64,000 bases of DNA, from the NCBI GenBank assembly GCA_963845565.1, contig CAWJSJ010000002.1, positions 448,001 through 512,000 of the forward strand. The letters are read 5' to 3'. Each line of letters starts with the position of its first letter. The stretch's first letter is position 1. Position numbers and translations under genes: made by a program. Of this stretch, positions 43,808-55,591 are shown one piece after another. Source of the stretch: an uncultured Methylomirabilota bacterium. GTDB taxonomy: Bacteria; Methylomirabilota; Methylomirabilia; Methylomirabilales; 2-02-FULL-66-22. The notes under the pieces are model-generated. The model had not been told where the DNA came from. It saw only the letters and a program-made list of their open reading frames with translations, and did no database searches.

Positions 43808-45692
43808 TCATGCCGCAGGCCGGCTCCGGCCCAGTGCGCGCAGGACGGTGGGGAAGTGCGAGGCCTCGGTGTGCGGGAGGAATGTGGCCTGAACGTAGCT
43901 GTCCATGTAGCGAGGGTCCGAGCTGAGGTCGAGGTAGGTCATGCGCGAGGCGATCTCGTCGAGCAGCCGCCGGTGCTCGCGGGACAGGAGCGCGATGTAG
44001 GCGCCGGTGAGCGCCGAGTTTCCGATGTAGCGGAAGTGCGTGCGCGGCAGGTCCGGCAGCATGCCGATCAGCACGGCGTCGGCGACGTCCAGGTAGCGCC
44101 CGAACCCCCCGGCAATGTAGACCCGCGCGATGTCGGCCCAGGACAGCCCGACGTTCTGCAGGATCAGGGCGCAGGCGGCGTAGATCGCCGCCTTGGTGCG
44201 GATGAGGTTGTCGATGTCCGCCTCGGTGAGGATGAGGTCCTCGCCGCTGGCGGTCTGCGCGCCCGTCTCCAGCCGGAAGCCCGGTCCCTGCCCCGTCTCC
44301 ACCAGCCGATCCGCCCCGCACTCCGGCTGCAGGTGGCCCGCAGAATCGACGATGCCGCGCAAGAACAACTCGCCCAGCAGGCAGATCAGGCCGGACCCGC
44401 ACATGCCCGCCGGACGCCGCCCGCCGATCACCTCGTAATCGCACGCGGTGGAGGTCGGGGCCGATCTCGACGTGCTCGATCGCGCCGCGGTGCGGCGCGC
44501 ATGCCGCACTTGATCCCGGAGCCCTCAAACGCCGGGCCGGCGGAGCAGGCGCAGCCCACCATCCAGTCGGCGTTGCCGATGACGATCTCGCCGTTGGTGC
44601 CGATGTCCATGAAGAGAAAGACCTCGTCGCGGGTCCGGGGAAATTCGGTCGCGAGCAGCCCGGCGGTGATGTCGCCGCCCGACGTAGCTGCCCACGCCCG
44701 GTGCGCACTCGCACCGGGGCCTGCGGGCGCGATCTCGAGCCCCACCTCGCCGGCGAGGAGCGGCGGGACGGGGTTCACGGTGGGCACGTACGGCGCCTCG
44801 CGGATGTGGCGCGGCGGCAGCCCCAGCAGCAGATGCATCATGGTGGTGTTGCCGGCCACGAACGCCGCCCGGATCCGCTCGCGCGGACGTCCGCCGCCAC
44901 CTCCCCGATCAGCCCGTTGATCGTCTCGAGCACCAGGCCGCGCAGCTCCTCCTGCCGCTCCGGCGTGCGCGCGTAGTCGATGCGGCTGATGATGTCCGCG
45001 CCGCGCCGGATCTGCTGGTTGTACGCCGGTGGCGGTCGCCAGGATGCGGCCGTCGGCAAGATCCACGAGTTGCGCGGCGACCGTCGTGGTGCCGATGTCG
45101 ATCGCGAGGCCGTAGGCGGGCGCGGACATCGAGGCCGGCCACGAGCTCCGTCACCCGACTGCCCGCCGGACCCTCCTCGATGCCGACCGCGACCCGGCCG
45201 TCTTGCTCCCGCAGCGTCTGCGGCCAGCTCCTGCAGCACGCCGAGGCCTGCCGCGATCGGTGTCGGGCAGCCGGCGCGTTCGAGTCCGCGGACCAGACGC
45301 AGCCAGTCGCTGTAGTGCTCTTCGATGGACGCGGGGGGCACGGTGAGGGACAGGTGGCGGAACAGGGGTGAGAGCGTACTCGCATCCGGCAGCGCCGCGG
45401 GTCCCGTCAGGAAGTGGCTGTCCCCGACCACCTCGCATGGCCAGGTCCTGCCGCTCCGGGATGCGAACCGTCACGTCCTCGCGGACCTTCGTCTGGCATG
45501 CGGGGACCAGGCGGCGCGCATCACCGCCCGACGACGCGACGATCTCGACCAGGCACAGTCCGCACGTCCCCTGCCCGCCGCAGGGCAGTTCGAGGTCCGC
45601 GATGCCCGCCCGGATCGCCGCCTCGTGAATCAGGCGTGCCCGCGGGCACCTCTGCCCGGACGTCCGCGGGCAGGAAGCGTAACCCAGGGCAT
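43808..45692 (-). CDS. acsV: RACo/AcsV (ASKHA, DUF4445) ATP-dependent corrinoid reductive activator with N-terminal 2Fe-2S domain; heavily frameshifted
   Basis: PCGGQGTCGLC...ACQ ferredoxin; YGLAIDIGTTT, GNTTMMHL, DIGTNGE, SAGPAFEG, GMCGSG, IAGGFG, IGNSAL across frames. Confidence 0.88.
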
Positions 45693-45695
45693 GGC

Positions 45696-47047
45696 TCACC
45701 GGCGGCGTGCCTCTTCAGGAAGGGGCCGAGGTCCGACGCCTCCTGCGGCCCGACCACCACTTCCCAGCCCGGCAGGCTTCCTCGAGCTCGCCGCTGATCT
45801 GCGCGACGTAGCCGGGGATGATCAGCCGGCGCGTCTGTCACCTGCTCCTCGAGCCCGCTGGCCTTGAGGCAGGCGGCGATCTTCGCGCCGCAGAACTTGC
45901 CCGCCGCCCAGGCGGTCAGCACGCTCATCCCCTCGCATTCGACGATCGACCAGGTGCGCCGGCACGCCGGAGTTCTCGATCTCGCCCGACACCAGGAAGT
46001 AGGTCAGCGAGAAGTTGGTGGTGACCAGCACCGGCGAGTCCGGGCCCGGCTCGCCGATCGGGTAGACCTTCGGCTCCACCTGGATCGGCTTCTGCGGGTC
46101 GGTGTAGATGTTCTGCCGCAGCATCATCAGCGGCAGCAGCACCTGGTACTGCAGCGTGTCGACCACCAGGATCGACGCGTACTTGCAGAGCAGCGTGCGA
46201 CGCGTCCGCCACCAGCGACGGCAGGTCCCGCCCGGTGACGAAGTTGATGATCGGGTAGCCCAGCGGCTCGAAGACTCGCCTTCAGCGCCATCTTGCGGAT
46301 GATGGTGTTGTACTGCAGCGCGGCGGCCGGATTCTCGGCCGGCAGGTCCAGCACGATGTCCTGCACGCCCAGTGCCGGCCAGCTTGGCGGTGAGCGCGGC
46401 CAGGGCGTCCGAGCGTCGCGGCACGCGCCACCAGCGGCGCCTTGTACTTCAGCGCCAGCGCGGCCGATCCGCTCGGCATTCTCGGGCGTGGCGGCGTGGA
46501 TCAGCGGGCGCTGCCCGTCCAGCGCCTGGAGCGCCGCTTCCAACGCCTCGGGGTTGTCGCTCTTCAGGATCATGCCCGGCCCGTCGCGCCGGCCACGGCC
46601 TTCACGGCATCGCACGAACGGCTCCACCGCGCCGCTGGTGTTCTCGACCAGCACCAGATCGAGGCGCAGCTGCTCGCCGACGCGCTCCAGGCAGTACTCG
46701 CGGACCTCGGCCATCTGGTGGCACAGCTCGCTCAGCGGCTGGTCGTCGGAGAAGGCCATCGCGATCGCCGTCGGGTGCACGAAGGTCTTCTCGTGCCGGA
46801 ACATCACCGTCTCGTTCCCGACGGCCACTTCGCGCTCCGGCGGGCCGATCTTCACCAGCCGGATGGGCGGCTTGCTGGCCGCCCCGACTTGGTCTTCTTG
46901 GCCTCCTCGGACGCGTACGGGCAGGCGCGCCAGCTCCGCGTTCTTCGCCGCCAGCTTCATGGCGAACGCCATGCACGTGGGCACGCCGCACTCGCCGCAG
47001 TTGGTCTTCGGCAGCAGCTTGAAGATGTGTAGACCGGTCAGCGCCAT
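45696..47047 (-). CDS. acsC: Corrinoid iron-sulfur protein large (gamma) subunit; frameshifted
   Basis: MALTGLHIFKLLPKTNCGECGVPTCMAFA 4Fe-4S motif, ETVMFRHEKTF, LRQNIYTDPQKP, VTTNFSLTYF, SVLTAWAAGKF. Confidence 0.92.
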
Positions 47048-47059
47048 GGTCCCGCTCCC

Positions 47060-48035
47060 CTACACCGCCACTGCGGTCATCTCGTCGATCTTGCGCTTCA
47101 CGGTCGTGGCCGCCAGCGGGATGGTACAGGATCAGCAGATCGGCGCCGGCGTTGAGCAGGCTCATCGCCGTGGCGATCTCGAGCAGCGCGCCGCGCTCCT
47201 CCTCCGGGCCCCACAGCGGGAAGGCGCTGTCGCGGCGCCCTGCTCTCCTTGGTCTTGGCCACCTCGTAGCCCGGCGTGCCGAGCATCGGCATGGCCAGCA
47301 TCGGGTCGCCGGTGAAGGCCGACGGTGCGGATGCGCTCCATCACCGAGTAGGTGTACTCCAGCCCGTAGCCGAGCGCGCCGGTCATGGCGTCGATGACGA
47401 TCTTCTCCGGCGCCACCCCCATGTTGGTCAGCAGGATGTTGAGCTGCTTGGCCATGTTGACGTCGATGGGCGTCTGCGCCGACCACGCAGTGGTTGTAGC
47501 CCATGGCGGCGGCGGCGATGGTCTTGTAGTTGTCGGTCTCCACCCAGTTGAGCAGCAGGTTCTCGCCCGGCGAACGCCGCGGCGATCTGCTTCATCACGG
47601 CGTTGTTCTTCTCGAAGTGGCTCGGCCCGGTGACGATGAGCGGCACGCCGACCGCCTTCAGCACCGCACCCACGACCTCGGCCGCCTGCTTCGGGCGAGC
47701 GGTCGCCGTTGTCCGGATGCGTGCCGCCCAGGCGCACGCTGATCAGCTCGGCGCCCAGCTCGCTCGACGCAGTAGCGCGCCATCGCCGCGGGGTCCTCGA
47801 GCAGCGCGCCGTAGGCCTCGCGCAGGCTGTCCGGGTAGCCTCTTCGGCGGCTGGTCGAAGACTTCCATCGCGACGACCGGCGGCCGGCCCGGATCGCCCT
47901 CGAAGTGGCGGAACGGCAGCGCCGCGGCGCCGCCGATGGTGACCGCCGAGGTGCGCGTGCCGCTGCCGCCCAGCGTCACCGTGCGCACGGTGCACATTGA
48001 CCTTCTCCGGCGGCACGCGTGAAGGTCGTGGGGCA
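47060..48035 (-). CDS. acsD: Corrinoid iron-sulfur protein small (delta) subunit domain; no independent start seen, possibly fused to AcsB; frameshifted
   Basis: VTIGGAAALPFRHFEG, AMEVFD, GTHPD, NYKTIAAAA, PIDVNMAKQLN, ALGYGLEYTYSVMERIR; TAG at 47060-47062; 5' boundary approximate. Confidence 0.88.
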
Positions 48036-48590
48036 CCAGGATCGCGGCGGACACGAGCGGCCGCTCGGCCGCGGCCGGCACGACCGGGGCCGGTGCGGCG
48101 AGCACGGCGCAGCCGGCGGCGCGAGCTGGCTGTCGGCGTCTCGACGCGGAGCGGCGCCACGGCGGCGGCGCTGCGCGACCGGGGCGGCGGCGACCGGCAG
48201 CCTGGCGCCGAGCGCGCCGCTGTACATCAGCAGCATGTTGGCGCCGGCGTGCAGCAGGTTGCAGCGCGGTGGACATCTGCAGCGCCGCCATCTGCTGCTC
48301 CGGCGTCATCGCCGGCTGCGCCGGCGTCGGCACGGCGCGTGCCGCAGCCTGCTCCAGCACCGAGATGACGTACGCCAGCCCGTCGCCGGCGTGCAGGTGC
48401 CGGTCGGCGCCGGTGCGCGGCGGCGCGGCGCACCGGACTGCGGCGTCGGGCGACCGGAACTCGGCGGCTGCCGACCTCGCGGCCGGCTGGCCGCTCCGGC
48501 GGCGCGACCGCGCGCTGCGGGCGCTGCGGCTGCCGCCTCGGCGCTGCGCCGCGCTCGCCGCATCGCCGCCGCGGCTTCGGGCGACGGCTG
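48036..48590 (-). other. Ala/Pro-rich low-complexity coding linker between AcsB and AcsD
   Basis: Open frame 47743-48606 runs from the AcsB end (AMWDIT) into the AcsD core; AAAAPAA, APAPVVPAAA and one amphipathic island (LAYVISVLEQ...MAALQMSTAL). Confidence 0.55.
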
Positions 48591-50790
48591 CGGTGATGTC
48601 CCACATCGCCAGCGCCGGGATGACTCACCTTCTCCATGTAGCGCGCGCACCGACGCCGGCATCCGTCCCGACCGTCTCATCGGCGATCATGTCGACGAAG
48701 TCCTCGATGCCCAGCCGCTCGCCGATCGGCTCGCAGCTCCTCCCGCAGCGTCTCCTTCAGCTCGCGCGGCATCCAGACGATGCGCTGGTGGCCGCCCTCG
48801 GCGGAGATGAACTTGCGGCTGGCGATGTACGCCTTGCCGACGCCGATGAAGCCCGGCGTCTGCTGCCCGCCGCCGGTCATGCCCGCCAGCGTCGAGAACT
48901 TCATGCCCGCCGGGCGTCTCGCCGGTGTACTCGCGGTTGACGATCATGACGCCGTTGCACTCCGGCAGCAGCGCGACGATGGCCTCGAAGCAGCCGCAGC
49001 TCGTCATCGGGTGCTCCAGCATCGAGTAGGCGTTGAAGCGCTCGAATGGTCTGCTTGGAGTTCGCGTAGACGTAGTCGTTGATGTTCTTCCCACTGGCCG
49101 CGCACCGGGTCGATGCACTCGCCCTTGACCAGCGGCTGGTTCGGGCCGGTCGGGTCGATCTCGTAGGCGGCCTTGCCGTCCAGCCAGTTGTAGGCGCCGC
49201 ACAGCCCGAGCCGCTCCGGCGTGATCACGCAGACGTGGTTCGGCGCGAAGCTCTGGCACAGCAGGCAGGAGTAGAACGTATCCACGCTCTCGTCGGTCAG
49301 CGATTCCATGCGCTGGTTGCGCTCGCGGTAGACCTGCCGCGCCTCGCCGATGCGCGCTCTCGACTTCCGTCGAGGTCGGTGAAGAGCGTCACCTGCACCT
49401 TGTCCACGATGGCCGGGTACTCGTTCAGGAACTTGGCGTGCAGGATCTCGCCGAGGTGCCGGATGCGTGAAGCCCTTGGCCTTGGCCGCCTTGCTGATGC
49501 GGATCCAGATGATGTCGCGCTGGCCCATGTGCCAGACGCCTTCGGCGCCGTTGATCAGGTGGTGGATCTGGCGCTCGAGGATCGGCTCGAAGTCGGCCTG
49601 CATCTTGCGCCCGGCCACCTCCACCCAGATGCGCCAGCGGCAGCGCGCGTGCCCTCCTCGACATCGTCGACCTCCGGGCCGACCACGGCGATCTTGCCGT
49701 CCTCGACCTCGTCCAGCTCGCGCGTGGTCACGTACTCGAAGGCCGGCGTGCGGTTGCCGCCGAACTCGACGTAGGTCTGCTCCTTGCGGATGCGCTCGCC
49801 CTCGAACGCCGCGCCGTAGGCCACCGGGATCGGCACCTTGGCGATCTTGATCTTGCAGCCGCGCACCTCCAGGCACTTCTCGACGATGCGGTCGAGCGGC
49901 ACGTTGCGAGACCACGTGCTCGTAGGTGCAGATGCCGGTGGGCAGGATCTGCGGGATGTCGGTGTCGGCGATGGTCGGGAAGCCGTAGGAGATCGCGCCC
50001 GCCGCGGCGGCGTACTTCTCCTCGGTCACCTCGCCCAGCGCCATCACGAAGGCGAAGATGCGGTTCTTGTTGTACCGCAGGTTGCGCGCGTAGTCGCCCG
50101 GCTGCACGCCGCCGAAGCTGAGCGCCGCGCGGTTGGCGAAACCGAGCGCGTAGATCGCCGCCGAGATGTCCTTGCCGAAGGGCACCAGCCGCGTCTCCCA
50201 GCCCAGCTCGCACGCCGGCCTCCTGCCAGCTGCTCGGCGAACGAGACGCCGTTGGTGTGGCCGGCCATGAAGACGTAGAGGTTCTTCTCCTGCAGTTCGC
50301 GGGCGATGCGGACGGCCGTCTCCTTGTCCGGGGCGGCGCCCGACCACGGCGGCGAAGCCCGGGGCCGAGCCGTCCACGAACTCGATGCCGCGCTCGCGGA
50401 TGATCACGTCGTCGCCGCGCCCAGCCAGATGCCCGTCCACCGGGTTCGGGCCGATCAGGTACTTGCAGGCCTCGATGATCTCGAAGGCGAACAGCGTGGC
50501 CATGCCGGCGTCGAGCGTGCCGCCCAGATACGGCAGCCAGACGTCGTCGGTCGGGAACCGGCGGCAGCAGCGTGCGGCACTCCTCGAGCACCGGCTGCAT
50601 GTCCGACGAGCTTCTCCACCGTCGGCCCGAGCAGCGAGTAGATCACCGGCAGGTAGTAGGCCGTGTCCGGGAAACCCGACCGGGCAATCGGCGCCCTTGG
50701 CCGCGATGGCCCGCGCCACGCATCTCCTCGGCCTGCCGTCACGATCTCGTGCGCGCCGCGAATGGCGGAGGAGGCGATGATCTTGCTCAT
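48591..50790 (-). CDS. acsB: Acetyl-CoA synthase, bacterial type (ACS); frameshifted
   Basis: MSKIIASSAIRGAH N-domain, TAYYLP, ERGIEFVDG, A-cluster ligands YSCLLCQSFAPNHVC...LCGA and PMTSCGCFE, GGGQQTPGF, HPALAM end; 3' boundary approximate. Confidence 0.92.
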
Positions 50791-52761
50791 TCCAGCTCCC
50801 TCCTCTCCTTCATGTCGAAGAGCTTGCGCTCCTGCTTGCTCGTTGATGCCGCAGCGCGTCGCGCTTCTTCTCGATGTGCTCCAGGATCTTCTCGGCGGCC
50901 TGCACCGGATCGGGCTCCCAGTCGAATCGCCCGCCGGTGATCCCCTCCATCTCCTCGCAGAGCAGCTTGGTCACGTTCTCGCTGCCCTCGACGTAGAGCG
51001 GATGGCCCAGCACGACGTACATGCCCGCTGGCGACGAAGTAGTGGCCGATGGCGACCGCCTTCTCGCTCATCCACTCCGGCGCCGCGCCCGCCACCGGCA
51101 GGTCGGAGAGGTCCTCGCCCAGCCCGCCTTCGCTGCAGCACGTTGGTGGCGGCCATGCAGGATGCGGCTGTTGTCCACGCAGGAGCCCATGTGCAGCACC
51201 GGCGGGATGCCCACCGCCTCGCAGACCTCGCGCAGCGAGGCGCCGGCCTTCTCCAGCGCCGCCTCCGGCACCAGCAGCCCCGCCTTGGCGCAGGCGATGG
51301 CCGCGCAGCCGGTCTGCAGCACCAGCACGTTGCGCTTGATCAGCTCCTCGGCCAGCCGCACGTGCGCGTCGTCCGCCATCACCTTCGGGTTGCTGCAGCC
51401 GACGATGCCCGCCACGCCGCGGATGCGGCCGTCGATGATGGCGTCGTTCAGCGGGCGGAAGGTGCTGCGGAAGCGCCCGCCCAGCATGTGGAAGATGGTC
51501 TCGTTGGAGAAGCCGGCCACCAGCTCCATCGACTCGCTGCGGGATGTGCACCCGCGCCCGGTCGCGGTTGCGCGAAGTTGTCGATGGCCGCGCGGATCAG
51601 GTCGCAGCGCGTGCTCGTAGCCGTGCTGCCACGTCGAAGGTGATCTGCTCGGCGTCGAAGGTCTGCGCGATCTCCGAGGTGCTCACCAGCTTGGTGTGGA
51701 AGCACTTGGCCACCTGCGGCCAAGCGACGGCATCACGCACTGCACGTCGACGATCATCATCTCGACCGCGCCGGTGAGGATGGCCAGCTCCTGCTGCAGG
51801 AAGTTGCCGGCGATCGGCAGGCCGTGGCGCATCAGCACTTCGTTCGCCGTGCAGCAGATGCCGGCGATGTTGATGCCCGCGGCGCCCTTCGACTTGCGCG
51901 TAGGCCAGCAGCTCCGGGTCGCTGCGAGGCCACCGCCAGCATCTCGGAGAGCGTCGGCTCGTGGCCGTGGACGATGATGTTGACCTTGTCCTCGGCCAGC
52001 ACGCCCAGGTTCACCCTGCTGCGGATCGGGCTTGGGCGTGCCGAACAGGATGTCGCGAGACCATGGTCGCGATCATCGAGCCGACCCAGCCGTCCGCCAG
52101 GCTGCACTTCAGCCCGCCCATGATCAGGTGGCGGTAGTCGTGGTCCACGCCCATGTGGGTGCGGTGCATCAGTTCGACGACCGCGGAGTCGATGCCCGTT
52201 CGGCTCGATCTCCAGCTTCTTCCAGAGCGCCTGCCGCTTCTCCGGCGCCAGCCTCAGCGTCGCGTTGGGCTCCTCGGACCAGGCGAACTGGCGCCATGAA
52301 GAAATCCGCCAGGTCGCCGGCGATCTCCAGGTCGCCGCGGCCGTCCGTCGCGATCTCGAAGAACCGCGCCGCCTCCCGCAGCCGGCGCGGATCGGTGATC
52401 TTGTACTCGCCGCCCTTGCCCTCGCGCCACCAGCTTCAGCGTCGCACCAGCATGCGCCCGTGGTCGGAGTGCGCCGCCGTCCCCGCCGCGATCTCGCGCA
52501 GCAGGTTGCGCGCGACGATGGTGTCGGCATCGGCGCCGCAGATGCCCGAGCTTGGCCTTGGGCGTGATGCGGCACGGCCCCATGTGGCACAGCCGGCAGC
52601 AGACGCCCGTCCGTGCCGAACTTGCACTGCGGCTGCTGGCTCTTGTAGCGGTCCCAGACCGTGGGGATCTCCTCGGCTCTGGCGATGTTGCACCATCTCG
52701 TTGATGGCCGGGTCGCGCGAGACCTGCCTTCACGACCGGGCTGTTCGAGCTCGGTTGACAT
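50787..52761 (-). CDS. cooS: Ni,Fe carbon monoxide dehydrogenase catalytic subunit; frameshifted
   Basis: QCKFG..GVCCRLCHMGPC (D and B clusters), AAHSDH, HGHEP, GICCTANE, DVQC, GCSN, TGCAA, GSCVD, EWMSEKA; all C-cluster ligands recognisable. Confidence 0.93.
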
Positions 52762-52773
52762 CAGTCCCCTCCC

Positions 52774-53552
52774 CTATCCGACCTGCGCTGTCGCGAATAG
52801 CCTCTCCATCAGCGCGTCCACGGCGCGCCGCGCCGGCGCGTCCTGCGGGATCGTCTGCACGCTCATCCCGCCGGCGTCCATCGCCGCGACGGCCGGGTCC
52901 AGCGGGATCGCCGCCAGCAGCGGCAGCCCGGTCGCCCCGACCTCCGCCGTCAAGCGCCGCCGGCAGGACGCCCTCCGGCACGCGGTTGACGATCAGCCCG
53001 CGCGTCCTCGCCGGCGAGTCCCACCTCATCGGCCAGCGTCGGAGATCCGTCGCGGCCGTGCGCACGCCGCGCACGCGTGCAGTCGGAGACGATCAGCAGG
53101 TAGTCGAGCGCAAGCAGCGTGCGGCGCGAGATGTGCTCCAGCCCGGCCTCGCTGTCGAGCACGATGTGCTTGTAGTTGCCGCGACAGCCGGTCGAGCACG
53201 TCGCGCAGCACGTTGTTGGCGAAGCAGTAGCAGCCCTGGCCCTCCGGGCGCCCCATCACGATCAGGTCGTAGCCGTGCCTGCTCCACCAGCGCCTCCTGC
53301 ACGCGCAGGTCCAGGAACTCCTGCTTGGCGATGCCCGGTCAGCCGCGCCGCGTCGCTCCGGGCACTCTCGCGGATGCCGCCGACGGTGGCCGCGTAGGAG
53401 ACGCCCAGCGCCTCGTGCAGGTTGGCGTTGGAGTCGGCGTCCACGGCCAGCACGGGCGCCTCGCCCCGCGCCACCAGCCAGTCGATGGCCAGCGCCGAGA
53501 GCGTCGTCTTGCCGACGCCGCCCTTGCCGGTCATCGCCATCGTGAATCCCAT
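52774..53552 (-). CDS. cooC: CooC/AcsF nickel-insertion ATPase; frameshifted
   Basis: TGKGGVGKT, VDADSNANL, MGRPEGQGCYC, DSEAGLEHISR. Confidence 0.9.
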
Positions 53553-53662
53553 GCGGTGCCCTCGATTCCAACCGTCAATCCCCAGGCGAGGGGCGGCCAG
53601 GCTCCGGAGCGCCGCACCCTGCGGTCGAGCCGTTCCCGGCACGAGCCCCGGCGGCGGGACAG

Positions 53663-54732
53663 TCAGGCCACTCCCAGCCGCGTCCGCAGGATCCGGCTCG
53701 TCTGGCCGAGCAGCTGGAAGACGCGCTCCGCGTCCGCGACCGGCAGCGAACCGGTGCCGCAGGAGGGCGTGATCACCGCCTGCCGCATGATCAGCTCGCG
53801 GCTCGAGCCCGGTGGCCTTGGCCAGGTTGTCCACCAGCCGCGTCGAACTTCGCCACCAGGCTCTCCGACCGTCTGCGCCTGGATCTTGGCGCTGTTGGTC
53901 GGCACGACGCCCCACGCCAGCGCCTTGCCGGCTTCGAGGTGGCGCTTCACCGCCTCCGGATACAGGGCGATGGTCTCGCCGTAGTCGAACGCGTCGAAGT
54001 TGACGATGATCCACGCCGGCGTCGATCAGGATCGACCACTCGGTGTTGCCGCAGCAGTGGACGCCCGGCCAGCGCGCCCTCGGCGTGCACGGCCTCGATC
54101 ACCTCGCCCAGCTTCGCCACCACGTCGTCGCGCGTGACGCTGACGTAGGTGGAGGAGCCGAAGGCCGACAGGATCGGCTCGTCGATGAAGCAGATGACGC
54201 CGCTCGGCGTACGGGCTGAACTTGCGGATCTGCCAGCGGCACTTCATCGCCAGCGCCTTGACCACCACGTCGACGAACTCCTCGTTGTAGTAGATGGCGC
54301 GCTTGTTCTCGTCGACGATGGTCAGCCCGAAGCTGATCGGCCCGGTGGTCTGCACCTTCACGAACGGGCGCTTGCCGCCCGGCCGCCTTCAGCGCCGCTT
54401 CCATCGCGTAGATGCCCTTGCGAGAACTCCGGCGTGATCGCGGAAGCAGTCGACGTTCTCGGCCAGGAACTTCTCGTAGAAGGTGGCCAGATCCATCGAA
54501 GTGTCGCCGGTGGTGTCGATGTACATGCGCTCCTTCTCGCGGTCGATCACCACGCGCGGCAGGCCCTCGGAGTACTGGATCTCCATCTGCTCGTTCAGCC
54601 CGCTGCGCCGGCAGCTGCGGCCAGATCGGGGCGTCGGGGATGTTGTCGAGGACGACGCGCACGGCGTCTTCGGCCTTGGCGTGCGGCAGGCTGCCGATAG
54701 CCGGTGGCCAGACATCGGGGCTGGAAACTCAT
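53663..54732 (-). CDS. Core (folate-independent) methionine synthase, MesB-like single-barrel MetE homolog; frameshifted
   Basis: GSLPH, PIWPQLP, KVQTTGPISF, FIDEP, VHCCGNTEW, AWGVVPT, ITPSCGTGS. Zn-type HxC...C ligands; no MetE N-terminal barrel. Confidence 0.75.
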
Positions 54733-55550
54733 GGGAGCGCTCCTTCTCTGATCCTCGAACCGTTGGGTCAGCATCCGCTGCATCGCGCGGAATGGGGCGA
54801 GCAGATCGTCCTGGCCCGCAGTCCACCAGCGATTGACCGTGCCGGTCGGCCTGCGCGATGCGCGGATCGAACGGGATCGCAGCCGAGCAGCTGCGTCGGC
54901 GCCGAATTCCTCGACCGATCCAGCGCGTGTCCTCCGCGATCGCCGTCGATTTGTTCAGCACGACCGCGAAGCGCCGGATGCCGAGCGCGGCGGCCATCTC
55001 GCGCACGCGGTGCGCCGTCTCGACGCTGCGCCGCCCCGGCTCCACCACCACCAGCATCAGGTCGACGCCCATGGCGGTGCCGCGCCCGAGGTGCTCGATG
55101 CCGGCCTCCATGTCCAGGATCACCACGTCGCTCGCGGCGCAGCACCAGGTGCGCGCACCAGAGCCTTCAGCAGCACGCTCTCCGGGACAGGCGCAGCCGC
55201 CCGCCGCGCGCTGCGCCGCGCCCGAGCACCAGCAGATCGACGTCCCGGCGTGGCGCGTGCCGTACTGCTCGGCGATGCCGCTCACGTCGGGGTTCAGCCT
55301 GAACATCTGCCCGAACTCGCTGCACCTTGGCCCCGGTGCGCTCCTCGATGAGCTGCCGCTCCTCGGAGATGGTGTGGATCGAGCGGCGCAGCTCTGCGGG
55401 CACGCCCAGCGCCGAGGCCAGGTTGGCATCCGGGTCGGCATCGATGGCCAGCACCCGGCGCCCCTCGGCCGCGAACAGCCGCGCCAGCGTCCCGGCCAGG
55501 GTGGACTTCCCCACCCCTCCCTTCCCCGTGATGGCCAGCTTCAGTCCCAC
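54729..55550 (-). CDS. cooC: CooC nickel-insertion ATPase (second copy); frameshifted
   Basis: KLAITGKGGVGKST, IDADPDANLA, FRLNPDVS, GGCACP, DMEAGIEHLGRGT. Confidence 0.9.
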
Positions 55551-55591
55551 CGTTCCCCCACAATCCCCGAATCGCCCAGTCGCCGACTCGC

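Noticed and set aside
52774..55550. Two cooC paralogs as a novelty
   Set aside because: Two CooC/AcsF-type ATPases, one for CODH and one for ACS, are common in acs clusters
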